Assembly: GCF_006345805.1 (NCBI RefSeq)
Contig: NC_043015.1
Location: 40,424,001-40,488,000 of the forward strand
DNA length: 64,000 nt
Direction: 5' to 3'
Origin: Octopus sinensis
Taxonomy: Eukaryota
The notes under the pieces are model-generated. The model was not told the DNA's origin and ran no database searches. It saw only the letters and a program-made list of their open reading frames with translations. Numbering within the stretch: the first letter of the stretch is position 1; every line of letters starts with the position of its first letter. This document shows positions 10,890 through 22,923 of this stretch, piece by piece. The position numbers and the translations under genes were made by a program.

Positions 10890-12780
10890 ATAATTGTGTG
10901 TTTTTGTGGATGAAGACAAAATTGGTAGAGCACCATTGGAGGATGTTTGTGAGGGGTCTGTTTATGGAGTGAGGGCAGGTTTGGTGTGAAGTGTGGATGA
11001 CAGTTAAGGAGGAATGTAGGGTGGTATTGCCTCTGTTGGGGTGGGCATTGTTGGAGGCGATGACAAATAGGTTGTTATGTACAGAAGGCAGAATGTGGAA
11101 GACAAAACTGAACTCTGGGGGGAACAACATAAGTGAGGATGTGGGTGAAAGAGGGAGAGAGGGCCCCACCAGTCGTGCCACAATGGTTATGAATTGATAG
11201 GGAGTTAGTGATTTAATTAATAGAAAATGGATGGAGGACAAAAGGGGATTCAGGGAGGGCCAAAAGGTTTACAGATGCTGAGGGCAACAACGCTGTCTTT
11301 TCACTAGATTCCCAAGGACGTCTCTCATGGATCTGGCTTTATGAAAACTGTAGTGGTGGTCATTGAAGAGAGAGAGAGAGAAAATTCAGAAGCCAGAGAA
11401 GGTGGTTGCTAACAGGTGTCTTTATTACAGATAATGGAAGTGAATGTGAGAGGGTGGTTGTGGTCAGGGTCCAAGGAGTTAACCTTAAAGGCAATGGGAA
11501 ACACTCTAGTGAATTTCGACAGATCAGGACAGACCTTTGAAGATTTTGGTGAGGGTAGCAGCTAGTTCTGGAGTAAAGTGCTTGGGGATACTGAAAAGGA
11601 CATTGTTGGGTTTGCTGGTTGGTTTGAAGCCACAGGAGTTGTTTTTGAAGTTGGCAGAATGTGTAAGGTGAGGTTAGGGTTATGTGTTGGTTGGCCTGTT
11701 GGAATGGAAAGCAATATGTCTGGAGAAGATTTACTTAGTAGACAAAGTGGTCAATGCAAACTGAGCTGTAAATAGGGAGGGTCTTGTGCCACCCCCAAAC
11801 CCCTACTCAAAATGAGATGTAAATAGGGTGGATCTTGTGCCACCCTGACCCCCTACTCAAAAGTGAGCTGTAATAAATAGGGAGTATTTCTCACAGAACC
11901 ATCAAGGTCAAGCAACAGAGCACAGGAAGATTCTAGGGAGCTGGCAGAGATGCTTTTGGCCAGGAATCAAAAGGAATCGGCTGCAGTCTGAGAAGTTGGA
12001 GAGCTTGGAAGTCATGCAATGTACAGAGGTATCCTTTGTGGTTTCACATAATGAGTGGACTTGGAAAAGCTGCAGTGTGGGGTGAAAGATGTCCAGTTCA
12101 CAGGGGTTAAGGTAACTTTCTCTAAACATTTATAAACCCTGAAGTGGAGCAGGGCAATGAATGGATCACTTGGAGGGACCTGGAAGTTGAGGGTCTTGGT
12201 TGAGTGTGAGATGTTGGGGGTTAAAGACATATGCAATGATGGTTTCAGTCACCTGCTGATAGATTAAAGGTGATGGACATGTGTTGCTAAGGAGGGAGTT
12301 CAATTAGAGTCAACTTCTGATCACTTGGGGCTAACACGAGGTGGCACAGAGTTTAGCAGAGGGGGCGGGGGAATAGTAGTAGTGGTGGTGGTGGTGGTAG
12401 GTGGGTAGTTGTAATAAGGAAGTGGTCAGACAAACCTGATAGGTTGGGGAGAGTGGTGGTGGTGGTGCGAGAGTGATTGAACCTGGAGGTAAGAAACAGT
12501 TCAAAGGTGTTTGTGTAGGGGCTGGGGGGAAGAGAGGGGGTCACTTGTAGTTACAGGATGTGATTAGGGGACAAATTGATGCAGAGGGCTGAAGGTTATG
12601 AAAGATTTTGTTTTCTGCAACAGTGGCATCTGTATGGGGATGATTTAAAAGAAGGTGGAGTGAGATGTCATCAACTGCAGGGTTAAAGAAGGGGTGGCGA
12701 CGGTGGAAGAGGGGTGTGGGTGTCTGAGTCAACAGGATGTCTTTGTTGCTGATATCCAAAACAAATATCACCACCTTTTG
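10890..12780 (-). mobile_element. Ancient degenerate APE-RT LINE ORF2 (CR1/L2/Jockey group)
   Basis: Ordered, frameshifted remnants: LSDHFLI (endonuclease end), TPELAATLTKIF, DPDHNHPLTFTSII, NDHHYSFHKARS, VVALSICKPF, VPQSSVLSSTFCLLYI, a decayed YADD position (HPNRGNTTLHSS) and INRPLTNILQWCSTNFVFIHKNTQL. Confidence 0.7.
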
Positions 12781-14007
12781 AGATGAATTTCAAGTAAAGT
12801 GCCACCCTACCCGGTGCAACAGCCCTGGGCTATAAGGCAACGTGTGTTGTGTGTGTGTGTGTGTGTGTGTGTGTTGGATATTACAATGAACAAATTGCTT
12901 TCCAAACTTCCATATTGCTGTCAAGATTCCTCTATGAAGACAAACTTATTTCAACAACCACCAACATCACCACCACTTCCTCCTACACTTGGCTACCTAC
13001 CCCCCAGCCCAAGGGTAGACAGTGATGGTGGTCGTGGTGGCGGTGGAGGTGCGCTTAATCACAGCAACAACAATGGAAATGGCGGTGGGGAGGTGGGGGG
13101 AAGTGACAATAAGAATAGCAACAACAACAACAACAACTAAAAGGATTACAGCAACATTATTAAATGTAGAAAATGAAGGTGGTGGTAGTGGTGGTGGTGA
13201 GGTGTAGATGGTTGAATTAACCCCTAGAATGGGGTGGTGGAGGTGGGGAGACAGAGAGAGAGAGAGGTGCATGTAAAAACAATAACAAAGGGGGGCTCCA
13301 AAACTAGTTAACATAAAACCAATACCACCACCAACACCACCACAATAATCATTTCACTACCGCTACTACTACTACCACCACCACCACCACCACAATTATG
13401 ACTATTAACACCACCACCACCACCACAATAATCATTTCACTACTACTACTACTAATACTACCACCACCACCACCACCACCACAATTATGACTATTAACAC
13501 CACCACCACCACCATTACTGCAGTAATAATGGTCACTGCTAACACCTTGACCACCACAATTATCACTACCAACTCCACCACTATCTTTACTACAACCAAT
13601 ATTTGTTATGATAATTAATTGTGATGTCATCACCATCATCATCATCATCACCATTTTATACAGCAATAATACTTTGGGTTGTTCATTCAATCAGTCTGTA
13701 GTCAAGTGATCCTGATGACTCTCTCCTTCTCTCACCATATATACACATATACACACAGACATACAGAGACAGTTGTATGTATATAGCCTCAAACAAGTGG
13801 TGAACAATGAGTGTTGTCGGTGCCACCTTCCCCAGGGAGCCGGTCACACAGCCACACTCTGTTCCTGACAACAATTCTCTTCACCAAAACAAACATTGTA
13901 CGAAGCCTTTGTATTCCAGAAACACAGATTTTCCGGTTCCAGACGGGTTTTTTCCATGTTTTCCCCCATGTTTACATCATTTGTCAATATACACCAACAA
14001 AAGACAC

Positions 14008-14048
<41 letters not shown>

Positions 14049-14169
14049 AGTGTGTGTGTGTGTATATATACATATATATATATGTATGTATATATACACA
14101 CACACACACACTCCATATATCTATATATATACACACACACAAATATGTATATGTATGTATATATATGTA

Positions 14170-14213
<44 letters not shown>

Positions 14214-14651
14214 CTTTGTGGATTTATTTCATCATAATTTAATGTCCATTTTTCCATTCTTCTATCGGTCAGACAGGATTCAGAGGCAGATTTTCTGCAG
14301 CCAGATACTGTACCCGTCACTGACTCTCATCTTTTCCAAGCAAAATAATATTTTCTCATGGCCAGGCACCTTTTCACAGAATATCAGAAATGAATGACAC
14401 CACTTGTACAGCAGTGACACTCATTTACAACTATCATACGATGTCAAAATAAAGAAGCACAAATACACACACAATGGGCTTCTTTCAGTTTTCATTGACC
14501 AAATCCACTTATAAGGCTCAGGGCTATAGTTGAAGATACTTGCTCAAAGTACCGATTGGACTCAATACCACAGGGTTTGGGGAGTTAATATTTTACCATG
14601 CAGCCATGTCTCCCCTCTCCTTGCTCTGTGTGTGTGTATATATATATATAT

Positions 14652-15430
14652 ATAGATGAACATCAATGGAATTTGTATCTTTGTGGTACCAGTGCCTGTG
14701 GCACACAAGAAATCCATCAGTGCTGTAGTCAGTGCGGTGGGCACATGACAAACACCATCCGATCGTGGCCGTTCGCCAGCCTCATCTAGCACCTGTGTCG
14801 GTGGCACATAAAAACACCATCCGAAGACCCGGCAAGACTAGTCAGGCCATAACCCATGGCCCCTACCTGGGACGTAGTCAGTCCACCTGTGCATACCTTC
14901 CTTCTTGTGACACTTGTGAAGACCTGTTGAGGCAAGTGAAAATCAAAACAAATCAAAATAGATGAACATCAATGGAATTTGTATATTTGTGGTACCAGTG
15001 CCGGTGGCACGTGGCACACAAGAAAACCATCCGAACGTACCGCATCGACTGGCCTCCGTGCTGTGGGCACGTAACAAACACCATCCGATCGTGGCCGTTT
15101 GCCAGCCTCATCTGGCACCTGTGTCGGTGGCACATAAAAACACCATCCGAGCGTGGCCGTCTGCCAGCCTCGTCTGGCACCTGTGTCGGTGGCACATAAA
15201 AAACACCATCCGAGCGTGGCCGTTTGCCAGCCTCGTCTGGCACCTGTGTCGGTGGCACATAAAATCACCCACTACACTCTCGGAGTGGTTGGCGTTAGGA
15301 AGGGCATCCAGCTGTAGAAACACTGCCAGATCTGACTGGACTGGTGCAGCTTTCGGGCTCCCCAGACCCCAGTTGAACCGTCCAACCCATGCTAGCATGG
15401 AAAGCGGACGTTAAATGATGATGATGATGA
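14652..15430 (+). mobile_element. Composite RTE 3' end: ORF terminus, 3'UTR module array and tail
   Basis: At ~14823 AAG ACC CGG CAA GAC TAG (KTRQD*) resembles the ORF end seen at ~34268 in the RTE fragment there. It is followed by ~60-bp modules and the common terminal segment with (GAT)n. Confidence 0.75.
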
Positions 15431-15434
15431 TATA

Positions 15435-15621
15435 TCATCATCATCATCGTTTAACATCCGTTTTCTGCGCTAGCACGGGTTGGACGGTTCGACCGGAGTC
15501 TGGGAAGCCAGGGCTGCACCAGGCTCCAGTCTGATCTGGCAATGTTTCTACAGCTGGATGCCCTTCCTAATGCCAACCACTCCGCGAGTGTAGTGGGTGC
15601 TTTTTACGTGCCACCTGCAGG
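15435..15621 (-). mobile_element. RTE 3' terminal fragment, tail-to-tail with the preceding copy
   Basis: Reverse complement of the terminal segment; junction reads tgatgatgatga-tata-tcatcatcatca. Confidence 0.85.
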
Positions 15622-16279
15622 TAAAAAAGTAAGCAGCGTTTGTCTAATTTATCAAATGGGTCCCTTGTGATCTGTGGATGTGTGTAGATGGGTGTTAGGT
15701 AAGGTGTGCTGTGTACTGGAATTGATCCTGGGACCAGGTAGTTCTGATGCAGACTTCATCTCCACTCTACCATACAACTGAGTGCCAAATCATTGTCATG
15801 CTGTGACTCACCACATTCCTCTGAGAGAGAGAGTGTGTGTGTGTGTCAGAAGAAAAAATCAGCAAAAATAGAGAAAGAAGAAATGGTAAATTTCAAACCT
15901 GAAGATATTAAGAGTCACAGAAAGGATGAAAAGATGGTAAAGTGCATTTGCTGGATGGGAAAACGGATGTGGGTGGTGGGGTGATGATTGTAGTGTTGGT
16001 GATGATGGTGGTGGTTATGATAATGGTGATGATGATGCCTGACAATGGTTTGAGTAAAATAAAAATAACAAAGTAAGCCTCAACAGGTTTTGGTGTTTGC
16101 ATTTGGCGGAGGGTGGTGGCAGCAAGTTGTAGCTTTGTGCAAGACAGAGATGAGGAATGTCTGTAGGACTTGTTTTCAAAGCAGGTTTACTGCCCCAACA
16201 GAAAACCGGTCGACCTTGAAGGGGAAAACACAACCAGCCGGTCATGGCTGGTTGATTGAATTAATCAAACAATACTCAC

Positions 16280-16345
16280 CTTCACCATCATCCATTTCCA
16301 CATGGTAATTAAACACTTTAGTGCCTCCTGTATCCTTGGGGGGAT
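16280..16345 (-). CDS. FNDC3A: FNDC3 coding exon 12, 66 nt, phase 1 to 1
   Basis: Acceptor cttccctacag|AT, donor GAAG|gtgagt. Reads (D)PPKDTGGTKVFNYHVEMDDGE. Confidence 0.94.
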
Positions 16346-16459
16346 CTGTAGGGAAGGTCATCAAAAGGAGAGCTTTTAATATACAGCCAAGGTAACATCA
16401 AACAGACTAAACAATTTAACAGTTACATCTTTTGAACAATTTAAAGTTTAGAATAAATA

Positions 16460-17230
16460 TGGTGTGTGTATAGACATGATGTGTAGATGAAGAAGTTGTG
16501 TGTATAGATAGATAGATAAATAATTAGATAGATAGACTGACAGATAGATAGACAAACCAATAGATAAATAAATAAATAGAGATATAATTGGATAGATAGA
16601 TAGACAGATAGATAATTAGATAGATAGACAGACTGACATATAGATAGATAAATAAATAGATAGATAGATAGATACTGTGTGTAGATATAGAGTGGATAGA
16701 CACAATATGTAGATGAAGACATTGTGTGTGTACGTACATATATATTCTTTCGTTTCAGTCATCTGACTGCAGTCATGCTGGAGCACAACCTTTAGTCGAG
16801 CATATCGACCCCAGGACTTGTAAGCCTAGTACTTATTCTATTGACCTCTTATGCCAAGCCGCTAAGTTATGGGGACGTAAACACACCAACATCGGTTGCC
16901 AAGTGATGGGTAGACAAATACAAACACACATATATGTGTATATGATGGGCTTCTTTCAGTTTCCGTCTACCAAATCCGCTCACAAGGCTTTGGTCGGCCC
17001 GAGGCTATAGTAGAAGACACTTGCTCAAGGTGCCACGCAATAGGACTGAACCCGGAACCATGTGGTTGGTAAGCAATATAGATACTGTGTGTAGATGTTG
17101 TGTAGATGAAGAAATTGTGTGTGTGTGTATAGATAGATTGGAGATAGATAAATAGATAGATGGATTGGTAGATAGATAGATAGTGTGTGTAGATGTTGAG
17201 TGAATTGGTAGATAAACACAGTGTGCAGAT
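16460..17230. repeat. (GATA)n-rich tandem duplication split by a family A SINE
   Basis: GATGTGTAGATGAAGAA-TTGTGTG...GATAGATA blocks on both sides of the SINE at 16748-17075. Confidence 0.7.
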
Positions 17231-17273
17231 GCAGTTGACCAAAGGTCAGTAAGGACCAAAACAACGTACTCAC

Positions 17274-17412
17274 CCCATGTCACTTTGAAGTGATGTGCAT
17301 GGATTTTGCCCTTCACCTGAACTTTACTTGGTATACCTGGGGGTCCTGGAAGGGTCTGGTAGGTGACTATTTCACTCCATTTGCTAGGACCCTCTTCATT
17401 TTTGGCTGATAA
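17274..17412 (-). CDS. FNDC3A: FNDC3 coding exon 11, 139 nt, phase 0 to 1
   Basis: Acceptor cctaattttag|TTA, donor TGGG|gtgagt. Reads LSAKNEEGPSKWSEIVTYQTLPGPPGIPSKVQVKGKIHAHHFKVTW. Confidence 0.95.
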
Positions 17413-17602
17413 CTAAAATTAGGTAGAAACGAAACAACATCAGCAGGTGATTAACCGGGAAAGTTAATTAAATGTGGTGAACACTCAAAACAACTTAACG
17501 AAAAAATAAGTATAAATATTAGAAAATAAAAGAAACACATTTGATATGATGGAATGGCAAATTCTCCTTCTGACTTGTGACAACATCGTTGTTTTAATAT
17601 CA

Positions 17603-17860
17603 CAGTAATCCCTCACCAAACCATGGTTCACTTATCATGCATTCAGTATATCATGGTTCACCTGTCGCGCCCTCAGTACATTGTAGATTTTTCTGGCTGA
17701 ATTATGTAAATTTATATTGCAAATTCCTCAGTATGTCACAGGTTTCTGCAGCCGATAGGTATTAATATTTTTTTAGACTGCAATTATTTCTGTGGTAAAA
17801 TAAGCATTTTCACACCTAAAAATGAATTAATAAATAAAAATAGAGTACAGTACTGCACTG
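17603..17860. mobile_element. Possible pogo/Tigger-like MITE end
   Basis: Begins CAGTAATCCCTC followed by decayed ATCRYGGTTCAC-type subterminal repeats; the other end was not found. Confidence 0.4.
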
Positions 17861-18346
17861 TATAACACAATATATATTTGGCGTTAGGAAGGGCATCCAG
17901 CTGTAGAAACTCTGCCAGATCAATATTGGAGCCTGGTGCAGCCATCAGGTTCGCCAGCCCTCAGTCAAATCGTCCAACCCATGCAAGCATGGAAAGCGGG
18001 CGTTAAACGATGATGATGATGTATCATATAAATATCTATCTACAGGGTGACTTTTGGATACCCTGCTGGATGAAAGGCAAGACCTGTCCAAAGGGCAGAG
18101 GAACTCAAGACAATTAACAGCCACCCAATACAGTCATGGGTAGATGGTGTCCAAGGGTCATACTGAAGACAATCCATGTTGGAGAAGGAAATTTTTTAGA
18201 TAAAAGCCATTCAATGAGGATTTGCAGCCAGCTGATACCGTTTTGCACAGACAAAAATTATGACAATATAGCTATGGTGATGATATCACTGATATTAATA
18301 ATGTTTGTGATGATGATGATGGATAAATAAAGTGATTTCTATTTAC

Positions 18347-18433
18347 CCTGAATCTGTAGTCAGTGTTCCGTTGTAGATTTGGCACTTTATAGCTACAGTT
18401 TGGACCATTGTAGACTACAAGGAAACCGTGTCC
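18347..18433 (-). CDS. FNDC3A: FNDC3 coding exon 10, 87 nt, phase 0 to 0
   Basis: Acceptor tctttttccag|GGA, donor AGG|gtaaat. Reads GHGFLVVYNGPNCSYKVPNLQRNTDYRFR. Confidence 0.95.
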
Positions 18434-19136
18434 CTGGAAAAAGAAAGAAGACAGTGAATCATATTATGTGAACTGTAAACAAAGTGGTTACATCAAAAGT
18501 TTTTATCTCTCCGTGGACAGAAAAAAAAACCCCCCAATATCACTCTGATGAGTTACTGAACCTTCATCAGAGAAACAGAAAGATTATCATCGCTATTTAC
18601 AGTAGATACAAACCAGGACACAACTAAACTGATTTGTCTTATTTACACAATGGAGAAATAAAACTACTCTGTTTACTTTTCACTGAGAGGTTGTACATGT
18701 ATGTCTATCAAAACAGATTTATCTTACATTTCAAACCACCCCAAAAACAAAGTGTTGTGCATTATTAGCAAATTAATTCAGCTTCAATGTGATCATATCA
18801 CCTGATGAAGGGGATATGTTATGATCATGTATCACATGATGGGAGGATCTTACATCGCTGATCCTGACATCGTAATGATTAATGACGTATGTGGTAATAA
18901 TATCTTTATGACGAGTCATTACATGACATGTAAAATGTTGTTATGTCATTCTGACGTATTTGTTACATCACATACGGTGTTTATACCATGTAGTTGTGTG
19001 TTGTTATATTATTACGATGCTGTTACATGACAGGTAATGTTATATAATGACATATGAGTTGTAAGTTTGCGTCTGGTTCCATTAATGTTCCAATGTAATT
19101 TATCATTGAAACACAGACGGATGGACCAGCGATGGT

Positions 19137-19535
19137 ACTCTCTTTACTTGTTTCAGTCATTTGACTGCGGCCATGCTGGAGCACCGCCATTAGTCGAGCA
19201 AATCGACCCCGGGACTTATTCTTTGTAAGCCCAGTACTTATTCTATCGGTCTCTTTTGCCGAACCGCTAAGTGACGGGGACGTAAACACACCAGCATCGG
19301 TTGTCAAGCAATGCTAGGGGGACAAACACAGACACACAAACATATACACACATACATACATATATATATATATACGACAGGCTTCTTTCAGTTTCCGTCT
19401 ACCAAATCAACCCACAAGGCATTGGTCGGCCTGAGGCTATAGCAGAAGACACTTGCCCAAGATGCCACGCAGTGGGACTGAACCCAGAACCATGTGGTTG
19501 GTAAGCAAGCTACTTACCACACAGCCACTCCTGCG
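19137..19535 (-). mobile_element. tRNA-derived SINE family A, full-length copy
   Basis: Minus strand head AGGAGTGGCTGTGTGGTAAG (A box) ... GGTTCAGTCCC (B box), then CCTTGGGCAAGTGTCTT, an internal (TA/TG)n and a body ending GACTGAAACAAGTAAAGA. Other copies at about 1-160-, 16748-17075-, 23235-23622-, 44563-44945-, 47566-47930+, 52061-52400-, 59385-59620-, 61290-61430-, 61680-61990- and 63738-64000+. Confidence 0.85.
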
Positions 19536-19709
19536 CCACATGCAAAAAAAAAACAAAAAAACTTTCAGACAATAGCCATCACAGAAGACAGAACCAGTGT
19601 AACAAAGATTACGGGGCAATCATTCTGAACAATAAAACCACGACCCCCTCCCCTACCACACACACACACACAAAAGCAGTCGCGGAATCTCACCAAAGGT
19701 TTTACTTAC

Positions 19710-19869
19710 AGTTGTCTCATCTTCCATTTGTAAAGTAAAAGTCTCGTCACTTTGTCGTTTCAGCCAGGAGAGGTTTAAGGAATTAATCTGACTTGTGGCG
19801 ATTGTAGGGGGGTCAGGTTGAGGTGGAACAGTCCCACTTGTGCAATAACTTGTCAGTTCACTAAAAAGG
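19710..19869 (-). CDS. FNDC3A: FNDC3 coding exon 9, 160 nt, phase 2 to 0
   Basis: Acceptor ctgttttcag|C, donor ACT|gtaagt. Reads LFSELTSYCTSGTVPPQPDPPTIATSQINSLNLSWLKRQSDETFTLQMEDETT. Confidence 0.95.
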
Positions 19870-19961
19870 CTGAAAACAGAGAGAAAGAAGGACAATGTTA
19901 ACAGGAATTATGATTCTACCATAGTCTTCAGAAATTTCTTCTCAGACTTTGTTTCAGCAAC

Positions 19962-20365
19962 CTCATCATCATCCTCATCGTTTAACATCCGCTTTCCATG
20001 CTAGCATGGGTTGGACGGTTCGACTGGGGTTTGGGAAGCCAGGAGGCTGCACCAGGCTCCAGTCTGATCTGGCAGTGTTTCTACTGCTGGATGCCCTTCC
20101 TAACGCCAATCACTCCGTGAGTGTAGTGGGTGTTTTTTTATGTGCCAGGAGGGACTGGCAACGGCCACCATCGGTTGATGCTTTTTATGTGCCACCAGCA
20201 CGGAAGCCAGTCAAGGTGGTGCTGGCATTGACCACGTATGGATGGTGCTTTTTACATGCCACTGGCACAGGTACCAGGGGAGGCTGGCAACGGCCACGAT
20301 TGGTTGGTGGTTTTTACGTGCCACCGACATGGAAGCCAGTCAAGGCGGCGCTGACATCGGCTGTG
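19962..20365 (-). mobile_element. RTE 3'UTR fragment with modules
   Basis: (CAT)n, the reverse-complemented terminal segment and modules containing GGCACGTAAAAA. Confidence 0.8.
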
Positions 20366-20689
20366 GAATAAAATCCAGGAACTGGCTGGAAACCTGGTGC
20401 TATAAGAGGCAATTTAACAGCCATTTTTATCATCAGGTCTGGTCCCTCGACTGGGACATACCAACACTCTGGGTGGTCCTTGGTGATTGTCTCCCAAAGA
20501 CATGATGGAAAATAACGGATGCCAAGAGACAGATATCAGATGATGAAAATGCAAAGAGCAACTTGTACTTCCTTGTTCCCCCACCAACCCTCCCCTGCAA
20601 TAAATACCTCTGGCTCTTCTATACAGCCCTTGGCCTGACAGCCACCTCAGGCATCGGCACACTTTGCACCCATCAAAATGAAGAAGCTC

Positions 20690-20912
20690 AGCCACTGGGC
20701 ACCCTGTTCCAATTTCCTTTATATTCCCTTTGATCTCTTCTGATACTGTCCCCAAGGACCCAACAATAATTGGGCACTATCTTCACCTTCTTCATTTTCC
20801 ATAGCCAAGCTATTTTGTACTTAAGTGGGTTGTATCTAACTATCTTTTTGCCTTCCTACTTGACTATTTGTGGGTCAAAGAGGCATGCAGCATCAACTAT
20901 ATAGCATATTAT
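20690..20912 (-). mobile_element. Second R4/Dong-like RLE fragment
   Basis: Clearly alignable by eye to 56430-56645. Confidence 0.75.
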
Positions 20913-21191
20913 TATTATCATTATTTATTATAACTATTATTATTATTATTAAGATATCAAGCTGGCAGAACCATTAGTACATTAGTCAAAAAGCTTAAGC
21001 ATTTTGTCTGTCTTTATGTTCTAAGTTCAAATGCTACCAAGGTTTCACTTTACCACTCATCCTTTTGGGATTGATAAAGTAAATACCAATTGAGCAGTGG
21101 TGGGGGTCAATGATATCAACTATCTCCACTCCCCTAAAATTTTCAGCTCTTGAACTTATAGTAGAAAAAACATCATCATCATCATACGAAC

Positions 21192-21316
21192 CTTTTGCCA
21201 ATGCTATTGATAGCAGCTAACCGGAAAGTATACTTGGTGCCAGCCTGTAAATAGTTAACACGATGCTGTTTCACTAAACCACTGTACACTTCATAGAATT
21301 CTCCATTGTTTAAGCC
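21192..21316 (-). CDS. FNDC3A: FNDC3 coding exon 8, 125 nt, phase 0 to 2
   Basis: Acceptor cttttccag|GGC, donor AAAG|gttcgt. Reads GLNNGEFYEVYSGLVKQHRVNYLQAGTKYTFRLAAINSIGK(S). Confidence 0.95.
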
Positions 21317-22892
21317 CTGGAAAAGATAAGAAGAAAAAAAAACATGGTAGTCATTAGCACCCAATGAATTGGTGGTTAAGGGGTCATTCAGCAAAAAAGG
21401 AGGGAAACGAGAGGAAATAAAGACTTTCTCTTTGGTTAATTAGAACCAAGTCAACAAGTGCGATAACCTGATAAAACCTCACTGAAATCTAAGATGTAGG
21501 TTGACTTATTATGAGTGAGTATGGAACCCAAGAGGTTTTGCTTTTAAAACTATCAATCTTGTGACTTCCTTTCCCTCCAATTCTATTTTCTGCTTCTCTA
21601 CACCGTTTTTCTAAAGATTCCATTGGTATTTCCATGGTAGAAGGAAGCTGGGACAAGATGCTAACCCCTCCTGTTTTATCTGGTACAATACCAGGGTTGG
21701 ATCTTTATGGAAATACATCAAACCAAATGTGAACAAATTCACAACCATATTAACTGGTTCTGAGACAGAGAAGAAGAATCTAGAACAAAGAAGACATACA
21801 CACACACAGAATGGCAGGCGATCTTCCAATCAAACCAAAGAGATGAGGTTTCCAAGAGTGACATCCTTGACAGAAATGTATCTGATACTTTTCCCTTTTG
21901 TGGAGAGGGGAGGGGGGAGAGTCAATTACATCAACCCCAGTAGTCAACTGGTACTTACTTCATCGACTCTGAAAGGATGAAAAGCAAAGTCGACCTCGGT
22001 GGCATTTGAATCCAGAACATCAAGATACAAAATGCTACTAAGTATTTTGCCTGGCATGCTAATGGTTGTACCAGCTTGCCACCGTACAGCAAACTAAAAT
22101 ATTAATCCACAAACATTACCGGTATCTAGTGATAAAGATAATGGCTCATCATCCACAAACAAGAGCCATCATTTGCTCTTTTCTTTAATCCACCCCTAAC
22201 CATTGTCCCCCATTTCCTCTAATCCACCCCTAAACATTGCCCCCACCCCCTTCTAATCCATCCCTAATTATTGCTTCTCTTCCTCCTAGTCCACCCCTAA
22301 TCATTATTCCTATCACAAAGAACGACAAAAGTTGGCAGAAACATCCAGTACTGCAAAATATTTTCTAAATTGCGAAACACGTTCGGAGCCGCACCCGTTT
22401 CTACAACCAGAATCTCTTTAAATGCAAAAGTAAACAACAAGAAACACCGAGTTCTTCCTCTTGTCTGTAAGCAGCAGACATTATTCCACTCCTCTTTAAA
22501 TACCAAAACATTTTATTTTAATTTAATTATAAAGATAAACTGAAGATTAATCAAAACCCTGAAATATTAATTGAAGGAATCGGTAAATGTGGGATGGCAG
22601 GGGGTGAGACAATTTAGCAGAAATAACACACTCGGCTCACCCCAGCAACCAATTATCCCCCGGGGTCATTTGCTCAACTATATGAGAAAGAGAAGAAGAA
22701 AGAAATGGTAAGATTCTACATTTGGCTGGAGGATATAAAGTTGCTCTAGAAGAGAATATTAAAAGAGGCCTTATCAGATAAAAACCTGCTGAAGCTGATA
22801 TAATATGAGTTTACTGCTTTTTAAAAGAGTCGACCACACAACAAGACATGAAGGAGATTCTTCAGAGTCACTTCAAGACGGTGTAGCGGAAG

Positions 22893-22923
<31 letters not shown>

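Noticed and set aside
18543-18575. CTCTGATGA...TCATCAGAGAAAC as a hammerhead
   Set aside because: The core sequence pairs with itself as a simple hairpin and no stem II can form.
18798-18822. CACCTGATGAAGGGGATATG, start of a Penelope-type hammerhead
   Set aside because: The 3' half (CCCC-GAAAC) is absent; too short to support.
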